A DNA stretch of 64,000 nt, taken from the NCBI GenBank assembly GCA_964016885.1, contig OZ024744.1:116436001-116500000 (forward strand), in the 5' to 3' direction. Position 1 is the stretch's first letter. Every line of letters starts with the position of its first letter. Below are positions 30,001 through 45,000 of this stretch, in pieces. The notes under the pieces were generated by a model, which saw nothing but the letters and a program-made list of their open reading frames with translations, was not told the origin of the DNA and did no database searches. The DNA is from Eledone cirrhosa (lineage: Eukaryota). The position numbers were made by a program, and so were the translations under genes.

Positions 30001-33000
30001 TACTGGGGCACTACCTTGATACAGTCTACCATATCAACCTCAGTACTGTTTTACATCTGTCAGTCACTAGACTGTGGCCATACTGGGGCACTACCTTGAT
30101 ATAATCTACCATATCAAACTCAGTACTTTTTTACTGGTGTCAGTCATTAGACTGTGGCCATACTGGGGCACTACCTTGATATAGTCTACCATATCAACCT
30201 CAGTACTGTTTTACTGGTGTCAGTCATTAGACTGCGGCCATACTGGGGCACTACCTTGATATAGTCTACCATATCAACCTCAGTACTGTTTTACTGGTGT
30301 CAGTCATTAGACTGTGGCCATACTGGGGCACTACCTTGATATAGTCTACCATATCATCCTCAGTACTGTTTTACTGGTGTCATTCATTAGAGTGTGGCCA
30401 TACTGGGGCACTAGCTTGATATATTCTGCCATATCAACCTCACTACTGTTTACTGGTGTCAGTTATTAGACTGTGGCCATACTGAGGTACTACCTTGATA
30501 TAGTCGACCATATCAACCTCGGTTCAGTTTTACTGGTGTCATTCATTAGACTGTGGCCATACTGGGGCACTACCTTGATATAGTCTACGATATCAACCTC
30601 AGTACTGTTTTACTGGTGTCAGTCATTACACTGTGGTCATACTGGGGCACTACGTTGATATAGTCTACCATATAAATCTCAGGACTGTTTTACTGGTGTC
30701 AGTCGCTAGACTGAGGCCATACTGGGGCACTACCTTGGTATAGTCTACCATATCAACCTCACTACTGTTTTACTGGTGTCAGTCATTGGACTGTGGCCAT
30801 ACTGGGGCACTACCTTGAGATCGTCTACCATATCAACCTCAGTACTGTTTTGCTGGTTTCATTCATCAGACTGTGGCCATACTGGGGCACTACCTTGATA
30901 TAGTCTACCATATCCACCTCAGTACTGTTTTACTGGTGTCAGTCATTAGACTGTGGCCACACTGGGGTACTACCTTGATATAGTCTACCATATCAACCTC
31001 TGTACAGTTTTACAGGTCTCAGTCATTAGACTGTGGTCATACTGGGGCACTACCTTGATATAGTCTACCATATCAACCTAAGTTCTGTTTGACTGTTGTC
31101 CGGCATTAGACTGTGGCCATACTGGGGCACTAGCTTGATGTAATCTACCATATCAATCTCACTACAGTTTTACTGGTGTCAGTCATTAGACTGGGACCAT
31201 ACTGTGGCACCACCTTGATATTCTCTACCATATCAACCTCAGTACTGTTTTACTGGTGTCAGTTATTAGACTGTGGCCATACTGGGGCACTACCTTTATA
31301 TAGTCTACCATATCAACCTCAGTACTGTTTTACTGGTGTCAGTCATTAGACTGTGACCATACTGGGGCACTAACTTGATATAGTCTACAATATCAACCTC
31401 ACTACTGCTTTACTGGTGTCAGTCATTGGACTATGGCCATACTGGGGTACTGGCTTGATATAGTCTACCATATCAACCTCAGTACTGTTTTACTGGACTT
31501 AGTCATTAGACTGTGGCCATACTGGGGCACTACCTTTATATAGTCTCCCATATCAACATCAGTACTGTTTTACTGGTGTCAGTCATTGGACTGTGGACAT
31601 ACTGGGGCACTAGCTTGATATAGTCTACCATATCAACCTCAGTACTGTTTTACTGGTGTCTATCATTAGACTGTGGCCATACTGGGACACTACCTTGATA
31701 TAGTCTACAATATCAATCTCAGTACAGCTTTACTGGTGTCAGTCATAAGACTGTGGTCATACTGGGGCACTACCTTGATATAGTCTACCATATAAATCTC
31801 AGGACTGTTTTACTGGAGTCAGACATTAGACTGTGGCCATACTGGGGCACTACCTTGATATAGTCTACCATATAAATCTCAGTACAGCTTTACTGGTGTC
31901 AGTCATTAGACTGTGGTCATACTGGGGCACTACCTTGATATAGTCTACCATATAAATCTCAGGACTGTTTTACTGGAGTCAGACATTAGACTGTGGCCAT
32001 ACTGGGGCACTACCTTGATATAGTCTACCATATTAACCTCAGTATAGTTTAACTGGGGTCAGTCATTAGACTGTGGCCATACTGGGGCACTAGCTTGATA
32101 TAATCTACCATATTAATCTCACTACAGTTTTACTGTTGTCAGTCATTAGACTGGGGCCATACTGTGACACCACCTTGATATAGTCTACCATATCAACCTC
32201 AGTACTGTTTTACTGGTGTCAGTCATTAGACTGTGGCCATACTGGGGCACTACCTTGATACAGTCTACCATATCAACCTCAGTACTGTTTTACATCTGTC
32301 AGTCACTAGACTGTGGCCATACTGAGGTACTACCTTGATATAGTCTACCATATCAACCTCACTACTGTTTTACTGGACTCAGTCATTAGACTGTGGCCAT
32401 ACTGGGGTACTACCTTGATATAGTCTACCATATCAACCCCAGTACTGTTTTACTGGTGTCAGTCTTTAGAGTGTGGCCATACTGGGGCACCACCTTGATA
32501 TAGTCTACCATATCAACCTCAGTACTGCTTTACTGGTGTCAGTCATTAGACTGTTGGCATACTGGGGCACTACCTTGATATAGTCTACCATATCAACCTC
32601 ACTACTGTTTTACTGGTATCAGTCATTAGATCGTGGTCATACTGGGGCACTACCTCGATATAGTCTACCATATCAACATCAGTACTTTTTACTGGTGTCA
32701 GTCTTTAGAGTGTGGCCATACTGGGGCACTACCTTGATATAGTCTACCATATCAACCTCAGTACTGCTTTACTGGTGCCAGTCATTAGACTGTGGCCATA
32801 CTGAGGCACTACCTTGATATTGTCTACCATATCAACCACAGTAGTGTTTTACTGGTGTCAGTCATTAGACTGTGGCCATACTGGGACACTGCCTTGATAT
32901 AGTCTACCATATCAACCTCAGTACTGTTTTACTGGTGTCAGTCATTAAATTGTGGCCATACTGGGGCACTACCTTGATATAGTCTACCATATCAACCTCA

Positions 33001-36000
33001 GTACTGTTTTACTGGTGTCAGTCATTAGACTGTGGTCATACTGGGGCACTACCTTGATATTGTCTACCATATCAACCTCAGTACTGTTTTACTGGTGTCA
33101 GTTATTAGACTGTGGCCATACTGGGGCACTACCTTGATATAGTCTACCATATCAAACTCAGTAATGTTTTACTGGTGTCAGTCTTTGGACTGTGGCCATA
33201 CCGGGGCACTACCTTGATATAGTGTACCATATCAACCTCACTACTGTTTTACTGGTGTCTGTAATTAGAGTGTGGCCATACTGGGCCACTACCTTGATAT
33301 AGTCTACCATATCAAACTCAGTACTGTTTTACTGGTGTCAGTCATTAGACTGTGGCCATACTAGGGCACTACCTTGATATAGACAACCATATCAACCTCA
33401 GTACTGTTTTACTGGTGTTAGTCATTAGACTGTGGCCATACTGGGGCACTACCTTGATATAGTCTACCATATCAACCTCAGTACTGTTTTACTGCTGTCA
33501 GTCATTAGAGTGTGGCCATACTGGGGCACTACCTTGTTATAGTCTACCATATCAACCTCAGTACTGTTTTACTGGTGTCAGTCATTAGGCTGTGGCCATA
33601 CTGGGGCACTACCTTGATATAGTCTACCATATCAAACTCACTACAGTTTTACTGGTGTCAGTCATTAGACTGTGGCCATACTGGGGCACTACCTTTATAT
33701 AGTTTACCATATCAACCTCACTACTGTTTTACTGGTGTCAATCATTAGACTGTGGCCATACTGGGGAACTACCTTGATATAGATTACCATATCAATCTCA
33801 GTACTGTTATACTGGTGTCAGTCATTAGAGTGTGGACATACTGGGGCACTACCTTGATATAGTCTACCATATCAACCTCAGTAGTGTTTTACTGGTGTCA
33901 GTCATTAGATTGTGGCCATACTGGGGCCCTACTTTGATATAGTCTACCATATCAACCTCACTACCGTTTTACTGGTGTCAGTTATTAGACTGTGGCCATA
34001 CTGGGGCACTACCTTGATACAGTCTACCATATCAACCTCACTACTCTTTTACTGGTGTCAGTCATTAGACTGTGGCTATACTTGGGCACTACCTTGATAT
34101 AGTCTACCATATCAACCTCAGTACTGTTTTACTGGTGTCACTCACTAGACTGTGACTATACTGGGGCACTACCTTGATATAGTCTACCATATCAACCTCA
34201 CTACCATTTTACTGGTGTCAGTTATTAGACTGTGGCCATACTGGGGCACTACCTGTATACAGTCTACCATATCAACCTCACTACTGTTTTACTGGTGTCA
34301 GTCATTAGACTGTGGCCATACTGGGGCACAACCTTGATATAGTCTACCATATCAACCTCAGTTCTGTTTTACTGTTGTCCAGCAATAGACTGTGGCCATA
34401 CTGGGGCACTAGCTTGATGTAATCTACCATATCAATCTCACTACAGTTTTACTGGTGTCAGTCATTAGACTGGGGCCATACTGTGGCACCACCTTGATAT
34501 AGTCTACCATATCAACTTCAGTACTGATTTACTGGTGTCAGTCATTAGACTGTGGCCATACTGGGGCACTACCTTGATACAGTCTACCATATCAACCTCA
34601 GTACTGTTTTACATCTGTCAGTCACTAGACTGTGGCCATACTGGGGCACTACCTTGATATAATCTACCATATCAAACTCAGTACTTTTTTACTGGTGTCA
34701 GTCATTAGACTGTGGCCATACTGGGGCACTACCTTGATATAGTCTACCATATCAACCTCAGTAATGTTTTACTGGTGTCAGTCATTAGACTGCGGCCATA
34801 CTGGGGCACTACCTTGATATAGTCTACCATATCATCCTCAGTACTGTTTTACTGGTGTCATTCATTAGAGTGTGGCCATACTGGGGCACTAGCTTGATAT
34901 ATTCTACCATATCAACCTCACTACTGTTTACTGGTGTCAGTTATTAGACTGTGGCCATACTGAGGTACTACCTTGATATAGTCGACCATATCAACCTCGG
35001 TTCAGTTTTACTGGTCTCATTCATTAGACTGTGGCCATACTGGGGCACTACCTTGATATAGTCTACGATATCAACCTCAGTACTGTTTTACTGGTGTCAG
35101 TCATTACACTGTGGTCATACTGGGGCACTACGTTGATATAGTCTACCATATAAATCTCAGGACTGTTTTACTGGTGTCAGTCGTTAGACTGAGGCCATAC
35201 TGGGGCACTACCTTGATATAGTCTACCATATCAACCTCACTACTGTTTTACTGGTGTCAGTCATTGGACTGTGGCCATACTGGGGCACTACCTTGAGATC
35301 GTCTACCATATCAACCTCACTACTGTTTTACTGGTGTCAGTCATTAGACTCTGGCTATACTGGGGCACTACCTTGATATAGTGTACCATATCAACCTCAC
35401 TACTGTTTTACTGGTGTCTGTAATTAGAGTGTGGCCATACTGGGCCACTACCTTGATATAGTCTACCATATCAAACTCAGTACTGTTTTACTGGTGTCAG
35501 TCATTAGACTGTGGCCATACTAGGGCACTACCTTGATATAGACAACCATATCAACCTCAGTACTGTTTTACTGGTGTTAGTCATTAGACTGTGGCCATAC
35601 TGGGGCACTACCTTGATATAGTCTACCATATCAACCTCAGTACTGTTTTACTGCTGTCAGTCATTAGAGTGTGGCCATACTGGGGCACTACCTTGTTATA
35701 GTCTACCATATCAACCTCAGTACTGTTTTACTGGTGTCAGTCATTAGGCTGTGGCCATACTGGGGCACTACCTTGATATAGTCTACCATATCAAACTCAC
35801 TACAGTTTTACTGGTGTCAGTCATTAGACTGTGGCCATACTGGGGCACTACCTTTATATAGTTTACCATATCAACCTCACTACTGTTTTACTGGTGTCAA
35901 TCATTAGACTGTGGCCATACTGGGGAACTACCTTGATATAGATTACCATATCAATCTCAGTACTGTTATACTGGTGTCAGTCATTAGAGTGTGGACATAC

Positions 36001-39000
36001 TGGGGCACTACCTTGATATAGTCTACCATATCAACCTCAGTAGTGTTTTACTGGTGTCAGTCATTAGATTGTGGCCATACTGGGGCCCTACTTTGATATA
36101 GTCTACCATATCAACCTCACTACCGTTTTACTGGTGTCAGTTATTAGACTGTGGCCATACTGGGGCACTACCTTGATACAGTCTACCATATCAACCTCAC
36201 TACTCTTTTACTGGTGTCAGTCATTAGACTGTGGCTATACTTGGGCACTACCTTGATATAGTCTACCATATCAACCTCAGTACTGTTTTACTGGTGTCAC
36301 TCACTAGACTGTGACTATACTGGGGCACTACCTTGATATAGTCTACCATATCAACCTCACTACCATTTTACTGGTGTCAGTTATTAGACTGTGGCCATAC
36401 TGGGGCACTACCTGTATACAGTCTACCATATCAACCTCACTACTGTTTTACTGGTGTCAGTCATTAGACTGTGGCCATACTGGGGCACAACCTTGATATA
36501 GTCTACCATATCAACCTCAGTTCTGTTTTACTGTTGTCCAGCAATAGACTGTGGCCATACTGGGGCACTAGCTTGATGTAATCTACCATATCAATCTCAC
36601 TACAGTTTTACTGGTGTCAGTCATTAGACTGGGGCCATACTGTGGCACCACCTTGATATAGTCTACCATATCAACTTCAGTACTGATTTACTGGTGTCAG
36701 TCATTAGACTGTGGCCATACTGGGGCACTACCTTGATACAGTCTACCATATCAACCTCAGTACTGTTTTACATCTGTCAGTCACTAGACTGTGGCCATAC
36801 TGGGGCACTACCTTGATATAATCTACCATATCAAACTCAGTACTTTTTTACTGGTGTCAGTCATTAGACTGTGGCCATACTGGGGCACTACCTTGATATA
36901 GTCTACCATATCAACCTCAGTAATGTTTTACTGGTGTCAGTCATTAGACTGCGGCCATACTGGGGCACTACCTTGATATAGTCTACCATATCATCCTCAG
37001 TACTGTTTTACTGGTGTCATTCATTAGAGTGTGGCCATACTGGGGCACTAGCTTGATATATTCTACCATATCAACCTCACTACTGTTTACTGGTGTCAGT
37101 TATTAGACTGTGGCCATACTGAGGTACTACCTTGATATAGTCGACCATATCAACCTCGGTTCAGTTTTACTGGTCTCATTCATTAGACTGTGGCCATACT
37201 GGGGCACTACCTTGATATAGTCTACGATATCAACCTCAGTACTGTTTTACTGGTGTCAGTCATTACACTGTGGTCATACTGGGGCACTACGTTGATATAG
37301 TCTACCATATAAATCTCAGGACTGTTTTACTGGTGTCAGTCGTTAGACTGAGGCCATACTGGGGCACTACCTTGATATAGTCTACCATATCAACCTCACT
37401 ACTGTTTTACTGGTGTCAGTCATTGGACTGTGGCCATACTGGGGCACTACCTTGAGATCGTCTACCATATCAACCTCACTACTGTTTTACTGGTGTCAGT
37501 CATTAGACTCTGGCTATACTGGGGCACTACCTTGATATAGTCTACCATATCAACCTCAGTACTGTTTTACTGGTGTCACTCACTAGACTGTGACTATACT
37601 GGGGCACTACCTTGATATAGTCTACCATATCAACCTCACTACCATTTTACTGGTGTCAGTTATTAGACTGTGGCCATACTGGGGCACTACCTGTATACAG
37701 TCTACCATATCAACCTCACTACTGTTTTACTGGTGTCAGTCATTAGACTGTGGCCATACTGGGGCACAACCTTGATATAGTCTACCATATCAACCTCAGT
37801 TCTGTTTTACTGTTGTCCAGCAATAGACTGTGGCCATACTGGGGCACTAGCTTGATGTAATCTACCATATCAATCTCACTACAGTTTTACTGGTGTCAGT
37901 CATTAGACTGGGGCCATACTGTGGCACCACCTTGATATAGTCTACCATATCAACTTCAGTACTGTTTTACTGGTGTCAGTCATTAGACTGTGGCCATACT
38001 GGGGCACTACCTTGATACAGTCTACCATATCAACCTCAGTACTGTTTTACATCTGTCAGTCACTAGACTGTGGCCATACTGGGGCACTACCTTGATATAA
38101 TCTACCATATCAAACTCAGTACTTTTTTACTGGTGTCAGTCATTAGACTGTGGCCATACTGGGGCACTACCTTGATATAGTCTACCATATCAACCTCAGT
38201 ACTGTTTTACTGGTGTCAGTCATTAGACTGCGGCCATACTGGGGCACTACCTTGATATAGTCTACCATATCAACCTCAGTACTGTTTTACTGGTGTCAGT
38301 CATTAGACTGTGGCCATACTGGGGCACTACCTTGATATAGTCTACCATATCATCCTCAGTACTGTTTTACTGGTGTCATTCATTAGAGTGTGGCCATACT
38401 GGGGCACTAGCTTGATATATTCTGCCATATCAACCTCACTACTGTTTACTGGTGTCAGTTATTAGACTGTGGCCATACTGAGGTACTACCTTGATATAGT
38501 CGACCATATCAACCTCGGTTCAGTTTTACTGGTGTCATTCATTAGACTGTGGCCATACTGGGGCACTACCTTGATATAGTCTACGATATCAACCTCAGTA
38601 CTGTTTTACTGGTGTCAGTCATTACACTGTGGTCATACTGGGGCACTACGTTGATATAGTCTACCATATAAATCTCAGGACTGTTTTACTGGTGTCAGTC
38701 GCTAGACTGAGGCCATACTGGGGCACTACCTTGGTATAGTCTACCATATCAACCTCACTACTGTTTTACTGGTGTCAGTCATTGGACTGTGGCCATACTG
38801 GGGCACTACCTTGAGATCGTCTACCATATCAACCTCAGTACTGTTTTGCTGGTTTCATTCATCAGACTGTGGCCATACTGGGGCACTACCTTGATATAGT
38901 CTACCATATCCACCTCAGTACTGTTTTACTGGTGTCAGTCATTAGACTGTGGCCACACTGGGGTACTACCTTGATATAGTCTACCATATCAACCTCTGTA

Positions 39001-42000
39001 CAGTTTTACAGGTCTCAGTCATTAGACTGTGGTCATACTGGGGCACTACCTTGATATAGTCTACCATATCAACCTAAGTTCTGTTTGACTGTTGTCCGGC
39101 ATTAGACTGTGGCCATACTGGGGCACTAGCTTGATGTAATCTACCATATCAATCTCACTACAGTTTTACTGGTGTCAGTCATTAGACTGGGACCATACTG
39201 TGGCACCAACTTGATATAGTCTACCATATCAACCTCAGTACTGTTTTACTGGTGTCAGTCATTAGACTGTGACCATACTGGGGCACTACCTTGATACAGT
39301 CTACCATATCAACCTCAGTACTGTTTTACATCTGTCAGTTACTAGACTGTGGCCATACTGGGGCACTACCTTGATATAGTCTACCATATCAACCTCAGTA
39401 CGGTTTTACTGGTGTCAGTCATTAGACTGTGGCCATACTGGGGCACTACCTTGATATAGTCTACCATATCAACCTCAGTACTGTTTTACTGGTGTCAGTC
39501 ATTAGAGTGTGGCCATACTGGGGCACTACCTTGATATAGTCTACCATATCAATCTCAGTACTGTTTTACTGGTGTCAGTCATTACACTGTGGTCATACTG
39601 GGGCACTACCTTGATATAGTCTACCATATAAATCTCAGGACTGTTTTACTGGTGTCAGTCGTTAGACTGTGGCCCTACTGGGGCACTACCTTGATATAGT
39701 CTACCATATCAACCTCACTACTGTTTTACTGGTGTCAGTCATTGGACTGTGGCCATACTGGGGCACTACCTTGATATAGTCTACCATATCAACCTCAGTA
39801 CTGTTTTACTCGTTTCATTCATCAGACTGTGGCCATACTGGGGCACTACCTTGATATAGTCTACCATATCAACCTCAGTACTGTTTTACTGGTGTCAGTC
39901 ATTGGACTGTGGCCATACTGGGGCACTACCTTGATATAGTCTACCATATCAATATCACTACTGTTTTATTGGTGCAGTCATTAGCCTGTGGCCACACTGG
40001 GGTACTTCCTTGATATAGTCTACCATATCAACCTCAGTACAGTTTTACAGGTGTCAGTCATTAGACTGTGTTCATACTGGGGCACTACCTTGATATAGTC
40101 TACCATATCAACCTCAGTACTGTTTTACTGGTGTCAGTCATTAGACTGGGGCCATACTGGGGTACTACTTTAATATAGTCTACCATATCAACCTCACTAC
40201 TGTTTTACTGGTGTCAGTCATTAGACTGTGGCCATACTGAGGCACTACCTTCATATAGTCTACCATATCAACCTCACTACTGTTTTACTGGAGTCAGTCA
40301 TTAGAGTTTCGCCATACTGGGGTACTACCTTGATATAGTCTACCATATCAACCTCAGTACAGTTTTACTGGTGTCAGTCATTAGCCTGTGGCCATACTGG
40401 GACACTACCTTGTTATAGTCTACCATATCAATCTCACTACTGTTTTACTGGTGTCAGTAATTAGACTGTGGCCATACTGGGGCTCTACCTTGATACAGTC
40501 TACCATATCAACCTCAGTACTGTTTTACTGGTGTCAGTCATTAGATTGTGGCCATACTGGGGCTCGACCTTGATATTGTCTACCATATCAAACTCAGTAC
40601 TGTTTTACTAGTGTCAGTCATTAGACTGTGGCCATACTGGGGCACTACCTTGATATAGTCTACCATATCAACCTCAGTACTGTTTTACTGGTGTCAGTCA
40701 TTAGACTGTGGCCATACTGGCCCACTACCATGTTATAGTCTACCATATCAACCTCAGTACTGTTTTACTGGAGTCAGTCATTAGACTGTGGCCATACTGG
40801 GGCACTACCTTTAAATAGTCTACCATATCAACATCAGTACTGTTTTACTGGTGTCAGTCATTAGACTATGGCCATACTAGGGCACTCCCTTGATATAGTC
40901 TACCATATCAACCTCAGTACTGTTTTACTGGTGTCTATCATTAGACTGTGGCCATACTGGGGCACTACCTTGATATAGTCTACCATATCAATCTCAGTAC
41001 TGTTTTTCTGGTGTCAGTCACTAGATTGTGGCCATACTGGGGCACTACCTTGATCTAGTCTACCATATCTAACTCAGTACTTTTTTACTGTCGTCAGTCA
41101 TTAGACTGTGGTCATACTGGGGCACTACCTTGATATTGTCTACCATATCAACCTCAGTACTGTTTTACTGGTGTCAGTTATTAGACTGTGGCCATACTGG
41201 GGCACTACCTTGATATAGTCTACCATATCAAACTCAGTAATGTTTTACTGGTGTCAGTCTTTGGACTGTGGCCATACCGGGGCACTACCTTGATATAGTC
41301 TACCATATCAACCTCAGTACTGTTTTACTGGTGTCAGTCATTAGACTGTGGCCATACTGGGGCACTACCTTGATATAGTCTACCATATCAACCTCACTAC
41401 TGTTTTACTGGTGTCTGTAATTAGAGTGTGGCCATACTGGGCCACTACCTTGATATAGTCTACCATATCAAACTCAGTACTGTTTTACTGGTGTCAGTCA
41501 TTAGACTGTGGCCATACTAGGGCACTACCTTGATATAGACAACCATATCAACCTCAGTACTGTTTTACTGGTGTTAGTCATTAGACTGTGGCCATACTGG
41601 GGCACTACCTTGATATAGTCTACCATATCAACCTCAGTACTGTTTTACTGCTGTCAGTCATTAGAGTGTGGCCATACTGGGGCACTACCTTGTTATAGTC
41701 TACCATATCAACCTCAGTACTGTTTTACTGGTGTCAGTCATTAGGCTGTGGCCATACTGGGGCACTACCTTGATATAGTCTACCATATCAAACTCACTAC
41801 AGTTTTACTGGTGTCAGTCATTAGACTGTGGCCATACTGGGGAACTACCTTGATATAGATTACCATATCAATCTCAGTACTGTTATACTGGTGTCAGTCG
41901 TTAGAGTGTGGCCATACTGGGGCACTACCTTGATATAGTCTACCATATCAACCTCAGTACTGTTTTACTGGTGTTAGTCATTAGACTGTGGCCATAATGG

Positions 42001-45000
42001 GGCACTATCTTGATATAGTCTACCATATCAACCTCATTACTGTTTTAGTGGTGTTAGTCTTTAGACTGTGGCCATACTGGGGCACTACCTTGATACAGTC
42101 TACCATACCAACCTCAGTACAGTTTTACAGGTCTCAGTCATTAGACTGTGGTCATACTGGGGCACTACCTTGATATAGTCTACCATATCAACCTCAGTAC
42201 TGTTTTATTGGTGTCAGTCATTAGACTGTTGCCATACTGGGGCACTACCTTCATATAGTCTACCATATCAACCTCACTACTGTTTTACTGGAGTCAGTCA
42301 TTAGACTGTGGCCATACTGGGGCACTACCTTGATATAGTCTACCCTATCAACCTCAGTAGTGTTTTACTGGTGTCAGTCATTAGATTGTGGCCATACTGG
42401 GGTACTACTTTGATATAGTCTACCATATCAACCTCACTACCGTTTTACTGGTGTCAGTTATTAGACTGTGGCCATACTGGGGCACTACCTTGATACAGTC
42501 TACCATATCAACCTCACTACTGTTTTACTGGTGTCAGTCATTAGACTGTGGCTATACTGGGGCACTACCTTGATATAGTCTACCATATCAACCTCAGTAC
42601 TGTTTTACTGGTGTCACTCATTAGACTGTGACCATACTGGGGCACTACCTTGATATAGTCTACCATATCAACCTCACTACCGTTTTACTGGTGTCAGTTA
42701 TTAGACTGTGGCCATACTGGGGCACTACCTGGATACAGTCTACCATATCAACCTCACTACTGTTTTACTGGTGTCAGTCATTAGACTGTGGCCATACTGG
42801 GGCACTACCTTGATATAGTCTACCTTATCAACCTCAGTACTGTTTTACTGGTGTCAGTCATTAGACTGTGGCCATACTGGGGTACTACCTAGATATAGTC
42901 TACCATATCAACCTCAGTTCGGTTTTACTGTTGTCCGGCATTAGACTGTGGCCATACTGGGGCACTAGCTTGATGTAATCTACCATATCAATCTCACTAC
43001 AGTTTTACTGGTGTCAGTCATTAGACTGGGGCCATACTGTGGCACCACTTTGATATAGTCTACCATATCAACTTCAGTACTGTTTTACTGGTGTCAGTCA
43101 TTAGACTGTGGCCATACTGGGGCACTACCTTGATACAGTCTACCATATCAACCTCAGTACTGTTTTACATCTGTCAGTCACTAGACTGTGGCCATACTGG
43201 GGCACTACCTTGATATAGTCTACTATATCAACCTCAGTACTGTTTTACTGGTGTCAGTCATTAGACTGTGGCCATACTGCGGCACTACCTTGATATAGTC
43301 TACCATATCAACCTCAGTACTGTTTTACTGGTGTCAGTCATTAGACTGCGGCCATACTGGGGCACTACCTTGATATAGTCTACCATATCATCCTCAGTAC
43401 AGTTTTACTGGTGTCAGTCATTAGAGTGTGGCCATACTGGGGCACCAGCTTGATATAGTCTACCATATCAACCTCACTACTGTTTACAGGTGTCAGTTAT
43501 TAGACTGTGGGCATACTGAGGTACTACCTTGATATAGTCTACCATATCAACCTCGGTTCAGTTTTACTGGTGTCATTCATTAGACTGTGGCCATACTGGG
43601 GCACTACCTTGATATAGTCTACCATATCAACCTCACTACTGTTTTACTGGTGTCAGTCATTGGACTGTGGCCATACTGGGGCACTACCTTGACATAGTCT
43701 ACCATATCAACCTCAGTACTGTTTTACTGGTGTCAGTCATTAGACTGTGGCCATACTGGAGCACTACTTTGACATAGTCTACCATATCAACCTCAGTACT
43801 GTTTTACTGGTGTCAGTCATTAGAGTGTGGCCATACTGGAGCACTACCTTGACATAGTCTACCATATCAACCTCAGTACTGTATTACTGGTGTCAGTCAT
43901 TTGACTGTGGCCATACTGGGGCACTACCTTGATATAGTTTACCATATCAACCTTAGTACTGTTTTACTGGTGTCAGTCATTAGAGTGTGGCCATACTGGG
44001 GCACAACCTTTATATGGTCTACCATATCAACCTCAGTACAGTTTTACATGTGTCAGTTATTAGAGTGTGGCCATACCGGGGCACTACCTTGATATAGTCT
44101 ACCATATCAACCTCAGTACAGTTTTACTGGTGTCAGTCATTAGACTGTGGCCATACTGGGGCACTACCTTGATATAGTCTACCATATCAATATCACTACT
44201 GTTTTATTGGTGCAGTCATTACACTGTGGCCATACTGGGGTACTACCTTGATATAGTCTACCATACCAACCTCAGTACAGTTTTACAGGTCTCAGTCATT
44301 AGACTGTGGTCATACTGGGGCACTACCTTGATATAGTCTACCATATCAACCTCAGTACTGTTTTATTGGTGTCAGTCATTAGACTGTTGCCATACTGGGG
44401 CACTACCTTCATATAGTCTACCATATCAACCTCACTACTGTTTTACTGGAGTCAGTCATTAGACTGTGGCCATACTGGGGCACTACCTTGATATAGTCTA
44501 CCCTATCAACCTCAGTAGTGTTTTACTGGTGTCAGTCATTAGATTGTGGCCATACTGGGGTACTACTTTGATATAGTCTACCATATCAACCTCACTACCG
44601 TTTTACTGGTGTCAGTTATTAGACTGTGGCCATACTGGGGCACTACCTTGATACAGTCTACCATATCAACCTCACTACTGTTTTACTGGTGTCAGTCATT
44701 AGACTGTGGCTATACTGGGGCACTACCTTGATATAGTCTACCATATCAACCTCAGTACTGTTTTACTGGTGTCACTCATTAGACTGTGACCATACTGGGG
44801 CACTACCTTGATATAGTCTACCATATCAACCTCACTACCGTTTTACTGGTGTCAGTTATTAGACTGTGGCCATACTGGGGCACTACCTGGATACAGTCTA
44901 CCATATCAACCTCACTACTGTTTTACTGGTGTCAGTCATTAGACTGTGGCCATACTGGGGCACTACCTTGATATAGTCTACCTTATGAACCTCAGTACTG

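Noticed and set aside
347-44971. Dozens of 61-112 aa ORFs (MAILGHYLDIVYH...)
   Set aside because: They are translations of the 80-bp satellite from non-ATG starts where point variants remove a stop. There is no coding evidence.
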